A stretch of DNA of 64,000 bases from an uncultured candidatus Porisulfidus sp. (GTDB taxonomy: Bacteria; Pseudomonadota; Gammaproteobacteria; Poriferisulfidales; Oxydemutatoraceae), in NCBI GenBank assembly GCA_965215125.1, contig OZ244052.1:896001-960000 (forward strand). The letters run 5' to 3'. Made by a program: the position numbers and the translations under genes. Under the pieces are notes generated by a model that was given only the letters and a program-made list of their open reading frames with translations, was not told the origin of the DNA and made no database searches. Numbering within the stretch: the first letter of the stretch is position 1; each line of letters starts with the position of its first letter. Below, piece after piece: positions 39,781-50,557 of the stretch.

Positions 39781-40358
39781 CCGCTATCTAATCCGCTAAA
39801 GCCCATAAATGCTATAGACATAATGCCGGCAGTAATCATTGCAATGCCGGCACCTTTGAAGGGAGTCGGCACATCGGCGTGTTCCAGCTTTTCTCTAAGG
39901 CTCGCAAAAATAATTAACACGACGGCAAAGCCTATCGCTGCGCCGAAACCCATAAACAATGCTTCCATAAAACTTTCGGCATTGCGGCTGTTGAGCAAAG
40001 TAACCGCAAGCACCGAACAATTCGTGGTAATCAAAGGCAAATAGATGCCGAGCATGTTATGTATCAGCGGGTTCATTCTGTGTATCGTCATTTCGGTTAA
40101 TTGAACCACAACCGCGATCAGTAATATGAACACCAAAGCGTTCAGATATTCCAGCTTGTACGGCATCAGTAAATAATGTTGCACTAGATAACTGAGCACC
40201 GATGCCAGCGTCAGTACGAATAAGGTGGCAAGCGACATGCCGATTGCGCTGTCGATGCGGCGCGAGGTGCCTAGCAACGGGCATAGCCCCAAAAACTTGG
40301 CAAGTATGAAGTTGTTGATGAGCGCGACATTGATGACGATTAATATGTAGTCTTGCAT
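39777..40358 (-). CDS. rnfA: Rnf electron transport complex subunit A
   Basis: [36 protein letters not shown]. Confidence 0.95.
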   Translation of the reverse strand: MQDYILIVINVALINNFILAKFLGLCPLLGTSRRIDSAIGMSLATLFVLTLASVLSYLVQHYLLMPYKLEYLNALVFILLIAVVVQLTEMTIHRMNPLIHNMLGIYLPLITTNCSVLAVTLLNSRNAESFMEALFMGFGAAIGFAVVLIIFASLREKLEHADVPTPFKGAGIAMITAGIMSIAFMGFSGLDSG

Positions 40359-40371
40359 GGCGGACGAAGCT

Positions 40372-42408
40372 CTAGCTGATTTTCAACCCGGCTCCCGCAC
40401 CTTGGTCGGGTGCCAATAAAAATAGATTGGTGCCGTCTCCCGCTGCCAAAACCATACCGTGCGAGGTGCCAAAGCGCATCTTTTTAGGCTCTAGATTGGC
40501 GACGACGACGACGTGTTTCCCGACTAAATCGGCACTGCGATAAGCACTTTTGATCCCTGCCAAGATCTTGCGAGGTTCTTTTTCCCCTAAATCCACCGAG
40601 AGTTCCAATAGCTTATCGGCACCGTCCACCGCTTCGGCAGCAACGATGCGCGCAACGCGCAAGTCCAGTTTCTGAAAGTCGGCAAGCGTAATAGTCTCGG
40701 CAGCGGATGACGATGCGGTTGTCGTTTTGTCGGTGGATGTCTTTTTCGCCTGTTGGCTTGCCGCCTCGTCTGCAATCATTGCCTCTACCGTCTTCGGATC
40801 GATACGGGTCATCAGAGGCTTGAACCGACCTATGGTGTGATGGCCTTTTGCTTCAAAGGGTGCGTCGTCCCAATGTACCACCGAGATATTGAGGAACTTC
40901 TCGGCTTGTTCGGTCATCACCGGCAAGACCGGTTTGAGGTATAGACATAAACGGCTAAATAGCAGTAACCCTAAGCTACATATCTCGTGCAGTTCGGTTG
41001 AGGCACCTTGTTCCTTTGCTATTGCCCATGGTTTGTGCCGGTCAATTAGGCGATTGGCTTCGTCGGCAAGCGACATAATCAAACGCATCGCAGCGGCGTA
41101 TTCCACCTTTTCATAGTTTCGGCAAATCTCCGCTTCCGCTTCCCTAAATTTCTTATAGCATGGATGTTTGAGTAGCTGTTCGGAACAGATTATTCGGTTG
41201 TCAAAGTATTTCGCTATAAAACTTGCGCAGCGCCCGGCGATGTTGATAACTTTGCCGACTAGGTCGCTATTCACGCGCAGAACGAAATCTTTCATATTGA
41301 GGTCTATATCGTCTATGCCTGAACCTAGTTTGGCGGCGAAGTAATAACGCAGATATTCGGGGTTCAGATGCTTTGCGTAAGTCTCGGCTTTGATAAAAGT
41401 GCCGCGCGATTTAGACATTTTTGCGCCGTCTACCGTCAGAAAGCCATGACTATAGATTCGGGTCGGCAGTCTCAGATTTGCACTGTCGAGCAGTGCCGGC
41501 CAAAACAGAGTGTGAAAATAGGCGATGTCCTTGCCTATGAAATGATGCAGTTCGGTATTGCTGTCGGCATCCCAGAAACGTTTGTAATCGAGCCCCTTGC
41601 GATCGCAATAATTCTTGAAGCTCGCGATATAACCTATCGGCGCGTCCAGCCACACATAGAAATATTTGTTCGGATGGTCGGGTATTTCAAACCCGAAGTA
41701 CGGCGCATCGCGCGAAATGTCCCAATCTTGTAACCCTGCCGAAAACCATTCGTCCAGTTTGTTTTTGATTTCCTGTTGGACGCGATCGGACGACAGCCAT
41801 GACTTTAGGTGCTCCTTGAGCATGCCGAGTTTGAAGAAATAATGCTCCGACTCGCGTAGCACCGGCTTGTCGCCGGAGATTACCGAGCGCGGGTTGATCA
41901 ACTCCGAAGCATTGTAAGTGGAACCGCAAACCTCACAACAATCTCCGTACTGGTCTTTTGCACCGCACCGCGGACACTCGCCGCGGATATAACGGTCGGG
42001 CAGAAACATCTTTGCGCTTTGGTCGTAGGCTTGGCGAATGGTACGCTTTGCTATATAACCCTTCTCTTTAGCACATTGATAAATATGGTTGCTGATGGAT
42101 TGGTTTTCTTTTGAATGTGTGGAATGGTAATTATCAAACCGAATATGAAAAGTGCTGAAATCCCTGATATGCGCTTTGCGCATTTCGGCAATCAACTGCT
42201 CGGGCTCTATACCGTCATCTTGCGCCTTGAGCATGACCGGCGTACCGTGTGCATCGTCGGCACATATATAGTAGCAACTGTTCCCGACCAACCGCTGAAA
42301 ACGCGCCCAAATATCGGTTTGTATGTATTCCACCAGATGACCGATATGGATCGGCCCGTTTGCGTACGGCAAAGCACTGGTTACAAGGATTTCTCTTCTG
42401 TCGGTCAT
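40372..42408 (-). CDS. metG: Methionine--tRNA ligase
   Basis: [12 protein letters not shown], Zn knuckle, KMSKS, C-terminal tRNA-binding domain. Confidence 0.98.
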   Translation of the reverse strand: MTDRREILVTSALPYANGPIHIGHLVEYIQTDIWARFQRLVGNSCYYICADDAHGTPVMLKAQDDGIEPEQLIAEMRKAHIRDFSTFHIRFDNYHSTHSKENQSISNHIYQCAKEKGYIAKRTIRQAYDQSAKMFLPDRYIRGECPRCGAKDQYGDCCEVCGSTYNASELINPRSVISGDKPVLRESEHYFFKLGMLKEHLKSWLSSDRVQQEIKNKLDEWFSAGLQDWDISRDAPYFGFEIPDHPNKYFYVWLDAPIGYIASFKNYCDRKGLDYKRFWDADSNTELHHFIGKDIAYFHTLFWPALLDSANLRLPTRIYSHGFLTVDGAKMSKSRGTFIKAETYAKHLNPEYLRYYFAAKLGSGIDDIDLNMKDFVLRVNSDLVGKVINIAGRCASFIAKYFDNRIICSEQLLKHPCYKKFREAEAEICRNYEKVEYAAAMRLIMSLADEANRLIDRHKPWAIAKEQGASTELHEICSLGLLLFSRLCLYLKPVLPVMTEQAEKFLNISVVHWDDAPFEAKGHHTIGRFKPLMTRIDPKTVEAMIADEAASQQAKKTSTDKTTTASSSAAETITLADFQKLDLRVARIVAAEAVDGADKLLELSVDLGEKEPRKILAGIKSAYRSADLVGKHVVVVANLEPKKMRFGTSHGMVLAAGDGTNLFLLAPDQGAGAGLKIS

Positions 42409-42579
42409 AAGGTATTGCTATTATACATACTGCTAATTAAATGGAGGAACATGTTAATCGTGTCGTGTAAGCACCACATGTATTACACAATGCAAAGCCT
42501 CTCCTCGGGGTAGTTGCGAACGCACGCACGGCATGCACCTCTAAATTCTGTAATAGAGCATGTTATCATCAGCAAAGCC

Positions 42580-43314
42580 ATGACAAAATCAATAGACATA
42601 GTGGACAACACCGCCCTAACGAATGTTTACTCAAATGAGCGCAATATAAAATCGCCTAACTTGATATTACCAAAAAGTTTAGTTCTCAATAAACGCCTTA
42701 AAATGGACGGGCTAAAGTTCCTATCAAAGATACCGGACCGAACAATACCTGTGGCATTTTTTGACCCGCAGTATCGTGGAGTATTGGATAAATTAAGTTA
42801 TGGTAATGAAGGAGAACAACGAGGGAAAGCAAGAGCAAGTTTGCCACAAATGACAGAAGAGATAATAAAAAATTTTATACAAGGCATAGATAAGACTTTG
42901 ATTCCCAGCGGGCATTTATTTTTATGGATGGATAAGTTTCATCTCTGCACCGGTTTTTTGGATTGGTTAGACGGCACTACCCTAGAAGTTGTGGATATGC
43001 TAACTTGGGATAAAGGCAAAATCGGAATGGGTTATAGAACGAGACGAAGAAGCGAGCATTTAATCATACTACAGAAGGCACCGCGCAAAGCGAAAGGTGT
43101 TTGGAAGTTACACAATATACCCGATGTGTGGTTAGAGGAAGTAAATAGGAATGGATTTACACATAAAAAGCCCGTAGAATTGCAAAAAGAACTCATTGCA
43201 TCTGTTTCTAATTCAGGAGATATTGTTATAGACCCTGCTAGTGGCAGTTTTTCGGTTATGGAGTCTTGTAAACTGTGCGGGCGCAATTTTTTAGGCTGTG
43301 ACATAAACGGCTAA
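42580..43314 (+). CDS. Orphan N6-A/N4-C DNA methyltransferase (beta-class motif order)
   Basis: Motif IV FFDPQY before motif I IDPASGS; HKKP. Confidence 0.85.
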   Translation: MTKSIDIVDNTALTNVYSNERNIKSPNLILPKSLVLNKRLKMDGLKFLSKIPDRTIPVAFFDPQYRGVLDKLSYGNEGEQRGKARASLPQMTEEIIKNFIQGIDKTLIPSGHLFLWMDKFHLCTGFLDWLDGTTLEVVDMLTWDKGKIGMGYRTRRRSEHLIILQKAPRKAKGVWKLHNIPDVWLEEVNRNGFTHKKPVELQKELIASVSNSGDIVIDPASGSFSVMESCKLCGRNFLGCDING

Positions 43315-43329
43315 TATGGCGAGCGTTGG

Positions 43330-43678
43330 GAGCCTGTTAACTATTTTGTGTAACTTCGTTTTCCTCAATATCAAATCTACCTTCGTATTCAATAGCTAAT
43401 CGGTTCATCGCCGGTATCCAATTTCGTATCGGCAGCGTCCAGCGAGCAGAGGCTTTTTTGATTGCCAAATAAACTACTTTCAATGCCGATTGGTCGCTCG
43501 GGAATATCTTCCGATTGCGGATGGATTTTCTAATCACGCTATTGAGACTTTCTATCGCATTCGTCGTATAGATAATTTTTCTAATCTCCGACGGGTAATC
43601 AAATAAAGTAATCAGGTTGTGCCACGACCGTTCTATACTCGGATATTCCTTCTGACATTCCCCCATTTTTAGATGCAC
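43330..43678 (-). pseudogene. IS256-family transposase C-terminal remnant with one terminal IR
   Basis: IRKIIYTTNAIESLNS...FPSDQSALK; end GAGCCTGTTAACTATTTTGTGTAAC. Confidence 0.88.
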
Positions 43679-43760
43679 ATCTTAAGAAAGCCTTCACACT
43701 ATTGCACTCGCAAACACACCGGGCTTGATACGCTAAACTGTCATAGCATCATACGGAAAT

Positions 43761-43792
43761 TTGACCCCCCCCCCCCCGTGCCGTGCTACACT
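43761..43792 (+). promoter_or_regulatory. Sigma70-like promoter with C13 homopolymer in the spacer (candidate phase-variable)
   Basis: TTGACC (43761-66), C13 (43765-77), TGc-TACACT (43784-92); spacer currently 20 bp. Confidence 0.65.
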
Positions 43793-43853
43793 GATGATTT
43801 TTAATCTACAAAACACTAATAATAATGCAAACCACGATAGAAAGGAGTGAAAA

Positions 43854-46481
43854 ATGAAAAAAGTACAAATAGTAGTTTTAGTCTTATTAGCTTTATGTTT
43901 GCAAGCAGTTTCCGCCCAGCAAACAACAGAATGTAAAAATAAGGAATTTGACGTGTCTTTTAAGTTATTGAGAGTAACAGCATCCGGACCACCATTACTT
44001 CCGCATCAAGATACACGAAGACTGAGACTATATGGTGCGTGGGATCCGAGGGGTACGGTGACCCAAAGTCTCATCAACGATGAACTTAACCAATTTGGCA
44101 CTAGCTGGTGCATAGCAACCGGAGGTTATTCGAGAATAAGAAAAATTTCTGTTTATACAGATGGTTCGGATGCGGATTTTCTACTTATTAATGAAGCTGG
44201 CAGAGCCGGGGCTTATTCTGGTTCATTTCGTCATAGATTACCTAGTGCTTTTGTTTATTACTTCGATCGACCATCCCGTCGTGATCAATATTTAGGTGAA
44301 GTGATTGCTCATGAATTTGCACATAGTGCTTTAAAAATATTTGATGAATATCGAGAAAATCAAAGAGCAAGGTCGTGTTCTACACCTCTTGCAAATGATA
44401 ACCCTGTTCCAACTATAATGAACGATCACAGGCGGTTTACTAGATTTAGTATTGCAAGCGACTATGCTACTCTTCCTAGTATTCCTCCTAGTACGGCACA
44501 ATACCGTTGCTATGAAAAATCAGCATGGGAAACTCTTGTTCAAGACCCAAAAGACGATAAGACAAGGTTGAGGTTTCGAGGAGATTATCAGCGCCAGGGT
44601 CACTTTCAAGGTTGTGCAATACCTACGGTGCCTTCTACTTTTCGGGCGTGCGCCCCTCCTAACATAGTATGGGTCAATAATGAAAATAATGTGGTAATGT
44701 TGATTGACACCTCTGGTAGCATGGGTTCTGATGGGCGTATAGATATGGCTAGAAGAGCTACCATAAATGCTGCTGAAAGATTATCTAGACAAGAAAATAC
44801 TAAAGTAGCAATAGTAGGTTTTGATAATACGGCGAATGTTGTAGTTGGTTTAACAGATTTAATGAATTCTGGAAGTCTTGCACAAGTTAGAAGCCGAGTT
44901 AATGCTTTGCAAGCAGGCGGAGGGACTAATTTTCAGGCGGCTTTAGATGGAGCAGAGAGCATCTTGCGAGGTAGTAGTGAGGGAAGCCGCGGATTAGTCA
45001 TAATGCTCTCGGACGGTGAAGCAGAGGAACCTAACACCATGTATTTTGAAGACAATTCCATTCCGGTATTTACGGTAGGAATAGGGCAAGCAGATAAGAC
45101 AGTCTTAAGGGCAATCTCTAGGAAGACCGGAGGAAGGCATAGTTCCGGCAGTGTGGGACGGCTAGATCAATTTTTCTCAAATGCACTGAGAGCTTCGTCC
45201 ATTGATAGGAATAATCGGTTGATAAGCAATGAAAGTGCCTCTTTGTCGACCAACACGAGTGATACTCTTATTCCTTTTCCGATATCGGAGTTCTCAAACT
45301 TTGCTACCGTTGTCTTAAGGTGGGATGATACATCGGTACTTGACAGTTTTACCTTGCAGCAACCGGACGGCACAATTATTGATGAGGTCTATGCAGCGAC
45401 TACGGAAAATGTTAGCTATATGGAAGCCGCTGTGCAGGCGATATACAACATCCAATCGCCGCTAGCCGGAGATTGGGTCATGCAGATCAGAGGTGTCGGA
45501 GATTTTGAGTCTGAAGTCGCAGCCAACAGCCTAATCACCGCAGGGCTAAATTTGGGGCAGGAACTCCTGTCTACGACGATGACTCAAGAGATAGTCTATC
45601 CGCAACCTATTCCCATTATTGCGCATGTTACCGGTGTGAGACCTGTGGTTAATGCGGACGTTACCGCAGAGATTACCATGCCGGATGCTTCAACAACTGT
45701 GCTTGTTCTTTTGGATGACGGTAATTCTCCCGATTTACTTGAGGGAGACGGAGAGTATTCAGGGGCTCTGACCGATTATTCTCAAAATGGGATTTATGAC
45801 ATTGAAGTAACTATAGGCAATCCTGATGGTAACGCGATGTTTGATGATAATGCTGTGTCAGTAGGCACATTCCCAGGCACACCTACTACCCCGGTTCCTG
45901 TTCCAAAATTCCAACGCATTGTACAAGATCAGGTTGAGGTTACCGGTGTTCCGGACACTTTTGTTATGCCGTCACCGATGACACCTATTGATATCATACC
46001 CGACGGTAGCATATATTGGGGTAGAATTGGACTAACGGATCAAGTAGATTGGTATAGATTTAATGGGGTTATGGGGGAACAGTATCATATACAGACTCAT
46101 AATTTGATGGGGCATGAAGGGGTTGATATGGTGACAGAAGTCAATCTATATGAACCCACCGGAATGACCGTGATAGATTCTAGTACTCGCCATAGAGGCA
46201 CTAATGTTTCCAGCATCGCATGGCTTTCCGATAACGATGGCGACTACTTAGTTTCGGTTGCCCATGCGGAAGGGGGCGAAGGAATTTACGGACTGACAGT
46301 TAGTGATGCAGGTAGTATCTTGTCGGAATATGAACTAGAGCAACAAGCGACCACGATAGGTGGCGGAGGTGGCAGCGGCGGAGGCGGCACTATAGATACC
46401 TTATTGCTACTGTTGTTGGTAGTAGCATTCGCGCTGATAGTTTTAGCCATCAATAGAGGAAGGAATGGACAACTTAGGTAG
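43854..46481 (+). CDS. Secreted CLCA-like zinc metalloprotease/VWA protein with GlyGly-CTERM-like anchor
   Basis: Signal peptide; HEFAH..IFDEY; VWA MIDAS DTSGSM..T..SDG; LLDDGNSPD..GDGEYSG; PPC-like domain; GGGGSGGGG-TM-basic tail. Confidence 0.82.
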   Translation: MKKVQIVVLVLLALCLQAVSAQQTTECKNKEFDVSFKLLRVTASGPPLLPHQDTRRLRLYGAWDPRGTVTQSLINDELNQFGTSWCIATGGYSRIRKISVYTDGSDADFLLINEAGRAGAYSGSFRHRLPSAFVYYFDRPSRRDQYLGEVIAHEFAHSALKIFDEYRENQRARSCSTPLANDNPVPTIMNDHRRFTRFSIASDYATLPSIPPSTAQYRCYEKSAWETLVQDPKDDKTRLRFRGDYQRQGHFQGCAIPTVPSTFRACAPPNIVWVNNENNVVMLIDTSGSMGSDGRIDMARRATINAAERLSRQENTKVAIVGFDNTANVVVGLTDLMNSGSLAQVRSRVNALQAGGGTNFQAALDGAESILRGSSEGSRGLVIMLSDGEAEEPNTMYFEDNSIPVFTVGIGQADKTVLRAISRKTGGRHSSGSVGRLDQFFSNALRASSIDRNNRLISNESASLSTNTSDTLIPFPISEFSNFATVVLRWDDTSVLDSFTLQQPDGTIIDEVYAATTENVSYMEAAVQAIYNIQSPLAGDWVMQIRGVGDFESEVAANSLITAGLNLGQELLSTTMTQEIVYPQPIPIIAHVTGVRPVVNADVTAEITMPDASTTVLVLLDDGNSPDLLEGDGEYSGALTDYSQNGIYDIEVTIGNPDGNAMFDDNAVSVGTFPGTPTTPVPVPKFQRIVQDQVEVTGVPDTFVMPSPMTPIDIIPDGSIYWGRIGLTDQVDWYRFNGVMGEQYHIQTHNLMGHEGVDMVTEVNLYEPTGMTVIDSSTRHRGTNVSSIAWLSDNDGDYLVSVAHAEGGEGIYGLTVSDAGSILSEYELEQQATTIGGGGGSGGGGTIDTLLLLLLVVAFALIVLAINRGRNGQLR

Positions 46482-47277
46482 ATATTTTATAGGTATTTTT
46501 CCACTTAGCACTTTACTCTGTGCGAGTCAAATAGCACTTTCGGCATCCGTAATTTCCCTAGAGGAATCACCGGAATGGTCCCCGGGCAATCCTATAGAAA
46601 TTCGTCGTATTGCGATAAATGATGCAGGTGAGGGACAAGTTGTTTTAACGCGAGAAGACACGGAGATCAACCAAGTGATAGCAATTTCCTCATTTCAATT
46701 TGCGCCGGATGAGTTTGCGCAAAAATATAACGAGTATTTGAAATATAAAGATTTTTACGGGGTCGATGAAGATATGGATGGAATAATTGTAGAGGGCAAT
46801 CCACAGACGATCATACTTTCTTTTTTCTCCGACGGTCAATCGAAAAAATCTATACATTTAGTTGGTATCGCCGCTTATGCTGATGTATCAACAAACCCGT
46901 TTCAAGTCCCTATTGGAATAATAGAACTAAGAGACATGATATTCACTTATGCAGAGAAAGCAATACTTCAAGACAAAACAAAATACTACTTGACGACCCA
47001 GCCATATAGTTCCAACCAATTATATTGGCTCTTAGAATCTCACAGCATAGAGTCTATCCCCATAATTTTTAATGGCTTAGATAAAAAGAGTGCTGTTTTC
47101 CTGAGAGAAGTGACCCAAAATGCACCCATTTTTTATCCGCTGGAGGAAACGCATTTTGTTGAATTGAAAAAACAACTGAGTCTTCCAGATGATTTGCAAA
47201 GGCCAACTTTTAGATTATCCAAAGCGAATGATGCTGTTGCTCAGATCCAGTTTTTTACAGGCACAAGCATTTATTAA
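46465..47277 (+). CDS. Exported hypothetical protein overlapping the CLCA-like gene
   Basis: 270-aa ORF, N-terminal hydrophobic segment, 17-bp overlap. Confidence 0.65.
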   Translation: MDNLGRYFIGIFPLSTLLCASQIALSASVISLEESPEWSPGNPIEIRRIAINDAGEGQVVLTREDTEINQVIAISSFQFAPDEFAQKYNEYLKYKDFYGVDEDMDGIIVEGNPQTIILSFFSDGQSKKSIHLVGIAAYADVSTNPFQVPIGIIELRDMIFTYAEKAILQDKTKYYLTTQPYSSNQLYWLLESHSIESIPIIFNGLDKKSAVFLREVTQNAPIFYPLEETHFVELKKQLSLPDDLQRPTFRLSKANDAVAQIQFFTGTSIY

Positions 47278-47376
47278 TACGCACAACCGGAAAGCTATTC
47301 GGCAATTAAGTGCCCTTTTTTAGTGATTAAATTTTTCAGTTGTCCTTGCAGTACTGCATGGAGGCTGCCGTCATGC

Positions 47377-47591
47377 TATTTTAGAATCACATCCATAGTG
47401 AGTTTTCATGCTGTCACCCTCAAGAGCCGACATTTCTATCCGTCCTCTTTGTTTTGAAGTTACCCGCAGTGGGGTATAATTGCATTTCGCCTTGATATTA
47501 GGTGGATTATTTTTTATACATCGTAGAGAAAAGCATTATGGCAAGCGTTACGATAGAAGACTGCATTGAAAAAGTCGGCAGTGATTTTTGA
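47377..47591 (+). pseudogene. Diverged duplicate of rpoZ promoter, RBS and first 17 codons
   Basis: Aligns by eye with 49978-50190; encodes MASVTIEDCIEKVGSDF* (47538-47591). Confidence 0.9.
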
Positions 47592-47595
47592 CTCT

Positions 47596-49956
47596 ATGGA
47601 TAAACAACAATCTAAAGAGTTTCTGTCTGAATTACTGTCATCATTCTCAACAGATGAAGTAGATAATACTCTCAAACGATATGATATTTCAGACGCAGAT
47701 TGGTCTAACTACGGTGGCCGCTCTAAAAACTGGGATACAGTTTCTAATCAGCAGAGCAATGCAATCGGTGCCTTAACCGAACTTATTACTAATTCAATTG
47801 ATGCTGTTTTATCCAGAAAAGTATATGAGAGTGGCATCAATGACTTGTCTAGTGATGAAGCACCTAAATCAATGCACGATGCCGTACGTCATTGTTATAA
47901 CGTCTCCGAAGGAAAATTATCCAGTCTTGAAGTAACAGAACGTACCAACTTGGCTAAAGAAAGTATTTTAATAGGAGTGAAGCGTAAGACAAGGAGATCA
48001 ACCACGCCGACGATAACTATTGTTGATTTCGGAGAAGGACAGGAACCACAAAAATTTAAGAAAACATTTCTCAGTTTAAGTGAGAACAATAAAGAAGGTA
48101 TCGGTTTTGTTCAAGGCAAATTTAATATGGGATCTACCGGTTCTATACGTTTTTGCACTAGGTCAGACATCACCAAAGGACATTATAAACTTATCATAAG
48201 TAAACGCTATGACCTTAAATCGTCATGGGGTTGGACCTTAATCAAGGTGGCACAAGTAGAACGAGGTAGAGAATTGCCGATCGTAAAATATCTAGCTCCT
48301 AACGGCGAGATCCCATCGTTTGAATCCGAATCAATTCGTGCATTTAATGATGATGAGATTGGGGTGATAGAGCAAGGTTCGGTTATCAAATTATTTGACT
48401 ACGATGTCGGAGGTAAAGCACATCAGGTAGATTTTGGTCTAGATAATGCACTTACATTAAATTTGCTGGACTGTGCATTGCCTATTAGGATATACGACTT
48501 TGATGCACAAAGAAACCCGGAGATAAACAGATTGAGAGGCAGAGGTATAATTGATAGAACATTTACAGGCATGCAAGTCAAACTTTGTGACAAGCTTGCC
48601 GATATTTCGCATCAAGATCCCCCGCTTAACTTCGAAAAACCTAGTGAAGAGACAACAGAATTTATACATTTAGTATCCCAATATAATGATGATGAAATTG
48701 GAGAAATAAAAATAATAGCTGTTGGATCCAGTAAACATCCCATCTATTTGAGAGAGAGCAAAAAGCGTATTTTCTATACAATCAATGGGCAAACGCATGC
48801 AACCGAGAATGCCAGTTTTTTAAATCTTAAAGATGTAGGTTTAGGTGAGTTGGAAAATCATGTCGTTGTTGATGTTCAGTGCGAAAAAATGGATAAAACG
48901 GCACTATCCACTATATTTATGGGAAACAGAGAAAAAATAGCGGATAATAGGCTATCAAGACAACTAAAGGAAATAGTAAAAAAGAATTTAAAGAAAGATA
49001 AGAAATTAAAAGAATATGAGAATATTATCCGAACTAGAAGAGTATCAAAAATCATTGAAGAGGATGAGGAAACCAAAGAATTGTTGGGAGACTTTATTAC
49101 TCAAGATCCAGCAATTAGACAACTGTTAGGACTTGGTGATACTGTTTCCGGTGAATCTCAAACAGGGAGAGGACCTGACCCGTGGAAAGGAGGAAAACAA
49201 TTTCCGACATTCCTGGAGCCTATTAGTATAAAGAAAATTGATAATAGTTTTTTCAAAGAATTACCCATTAACATCTTTCGTAAGATAAAATGTAAAACAG
49301 ATGCTGCCAACGATTATTTAATAAGAAATCATAGTCCCGGACGAATATATCTACCAAATCGTCCTTCCCAAGTTAATATAGAAACTAGTTTAAATAATGG
49401 TATAGCCACTTTTACTCTTTCTCCTTCATCTAAAGAACCTCCCGGCGTTGGTCAAGAATTGTCGTTTGATATTGGTTTTGACGACGATGGGCCGAGGGGT
49501 GAGCCTATTACATTTAATTTAAGAATTAAATTTATTGAAGGGCAAAAACCCAAGAAAAATCCTAGTGGAACATCCTCTTCCGGTGTTGCAAATAAAGAAG
49601 ATAAATCATTTGCCGATCCAACCAAATGGATTCACAAAGAAAATTGGGATGATTACAACTTTGATGAAAAGTCAGGTGCTGTTGTCGTAGCAGGTGGGGA
49701 AAACAATCCAACAATTTATGTCAACTATCATCATGAAGTTCTCGAAAAAATGCGCAGACAAGAGCGAGATGAAGCAAGGCGTCAACTAAATGAAAACCGT
49801 TTTAGAATATGTCTTGGTTTCCTGACACTTGCTATTTATAAGCATTATAATGAAAATGAAGAGAAGGCTCAAGAAAAGGCACGGGGATCCTCGGATGCCG
49901 TAGCACCTTATATTCTCTCCTTAATTGTAAGATTCGGAGAGGGCGCGCGATTATGA
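47596..49956 (+). CDS. Large GHKL (MORC/Hsp90-like) ATPase-domain protein
   Basis: ELITNSIDA, VDFGEGQ, QGKFNMGSTG motifs; AT-rich relative to flanks. Confidence 0.75.
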   Translation: MDKQQSKEFLSELLSSFSTDEVDNTLKRYDISDADWSNYGGRSKNWDTVSNQQSNAIGALTELITNSIDAVLSRKVYESGINDLSSDEAPKSMHDAVRHCYNVSEGKLSSLEVTERTNLAKESILIGVKRKTRRSTTPTITIVDFGEGQEPQKFKKTFLSLSENNKEGIGFVQGKFNMGSTGSIRFCTRSDITKGHYKLIISKRYDLKSSWGWTLIKVAQVERGRELPIVKYLAPNGEIPSFESESIRAFNDDEIGVIEQGSVIKLFDYDVGGKAHQVDFGLDNALTLNLLDCALPIRIYDFDAQRNPEINRLRGRGIIDRTFTGMQVKLCDKLADISHQDPPLNFEKPSEETTEFIHLVSQYNDDEIGEIKIIAVGSSKHPIYLRESKKRIFYTINGQTHATENASFLNLKDVGLGELENHVVVDVQCEKMDKTALSTIFMGNREKIADNRLSRQLKEIVKKNLKKDKKLKEYENIIRTRRVSKIIEEDEETKELLGDFITQDPAIRQLLGLGDTVSGESQTGRGPDPWKGGKQFPTFLEPISIKKIDNSFFKELPINIFRKIKCKTDAANDYLIRNHSPGRIYLPNRPSQVNIETSLNNGIATFTLSPSSKEPPGVGQELSFDIGFDDDGPRGEPITFNLRIKFIEGQKPKKNPSGTSSSGVANKEDKSFADPTKWIHKENWDDYNFDEKSGAVVVAGGENNPTIYVNYHHEVLEKMRRQERDEARRQLNENRFRICLGFLTLAIYKHYNENEEKAQEKARGSSDAVAPYILSLIVRFGEGARL

Positions 49957-50139
49957 GGTATTCTATTTGACCTTCCTCTATTTTTAGAACCGCCGGCAAA
50001 GTGAGTTTTCATGCTATCGTCCTCAAAGACCGGCATTTTCCCCACCCCTTCGCTTTGAACTTCCCCGTAGCTAGGGTATAATTGCATTTCGCCTTGATAT
50101 GAGGCGGATTATTTTTCACCCATCAGAGAGAGAGGCATT

Positions 50140-50517
50140 ATGGCAAGAGTTACGATAGAAGACTGCATTGAAAAAGTCGGCAGTCATTTCAGGGTAGTCC
50201 AGATAGCGTCCCACCGGGCGCACCAGCTGGAGTTGGGCGCAAAGCCTATGGTTGATAAGGAAGGAGATAAGCCGGTAGTCGTCGCATTGCGGGAGATTGC
50301 CGAGGGCAAGATAGACGAGAGGGTGCTCAGCAAGCCTTTAGGTGAAAAAGAGCCTTGGGAACAAGAGCAAGGTTTATTGACACAGTCCGACGATGTCGGA
50401 GAGATTGTTGCAGATATAGAAAACTACGGCGACATGAACGAAGTAGAAGGCGAAGATGCCGCACCGGCGCAAGAGGCAGATTCGGGGGATGAGGAGCCTA
50501 AAACAGGCGAAGCCTAA
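50140..50517 (+). CDS. rpoZ: RNA polymerase omega subunit
   Basis: MARVTIEDC...RAHQL...KPVVVALREIAEG; precedes spoT. Confidence 0.97.
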   Translation: MARVTIEDCIEKVGSHFRVVQIASHRAHQLELGAKPMVDKEGDKPVVVALREIAEGKIDERVLSKPLGEKEPWEQEQGLLTQSDDVGEIVADIENYGDMNEVEGEDAAPAQEADSGDEEPKTGEA

Positions 50518-50557
50518 TACCGCTATAGCAGACTTTTTAATCGGGTTTTAGTCTGCT

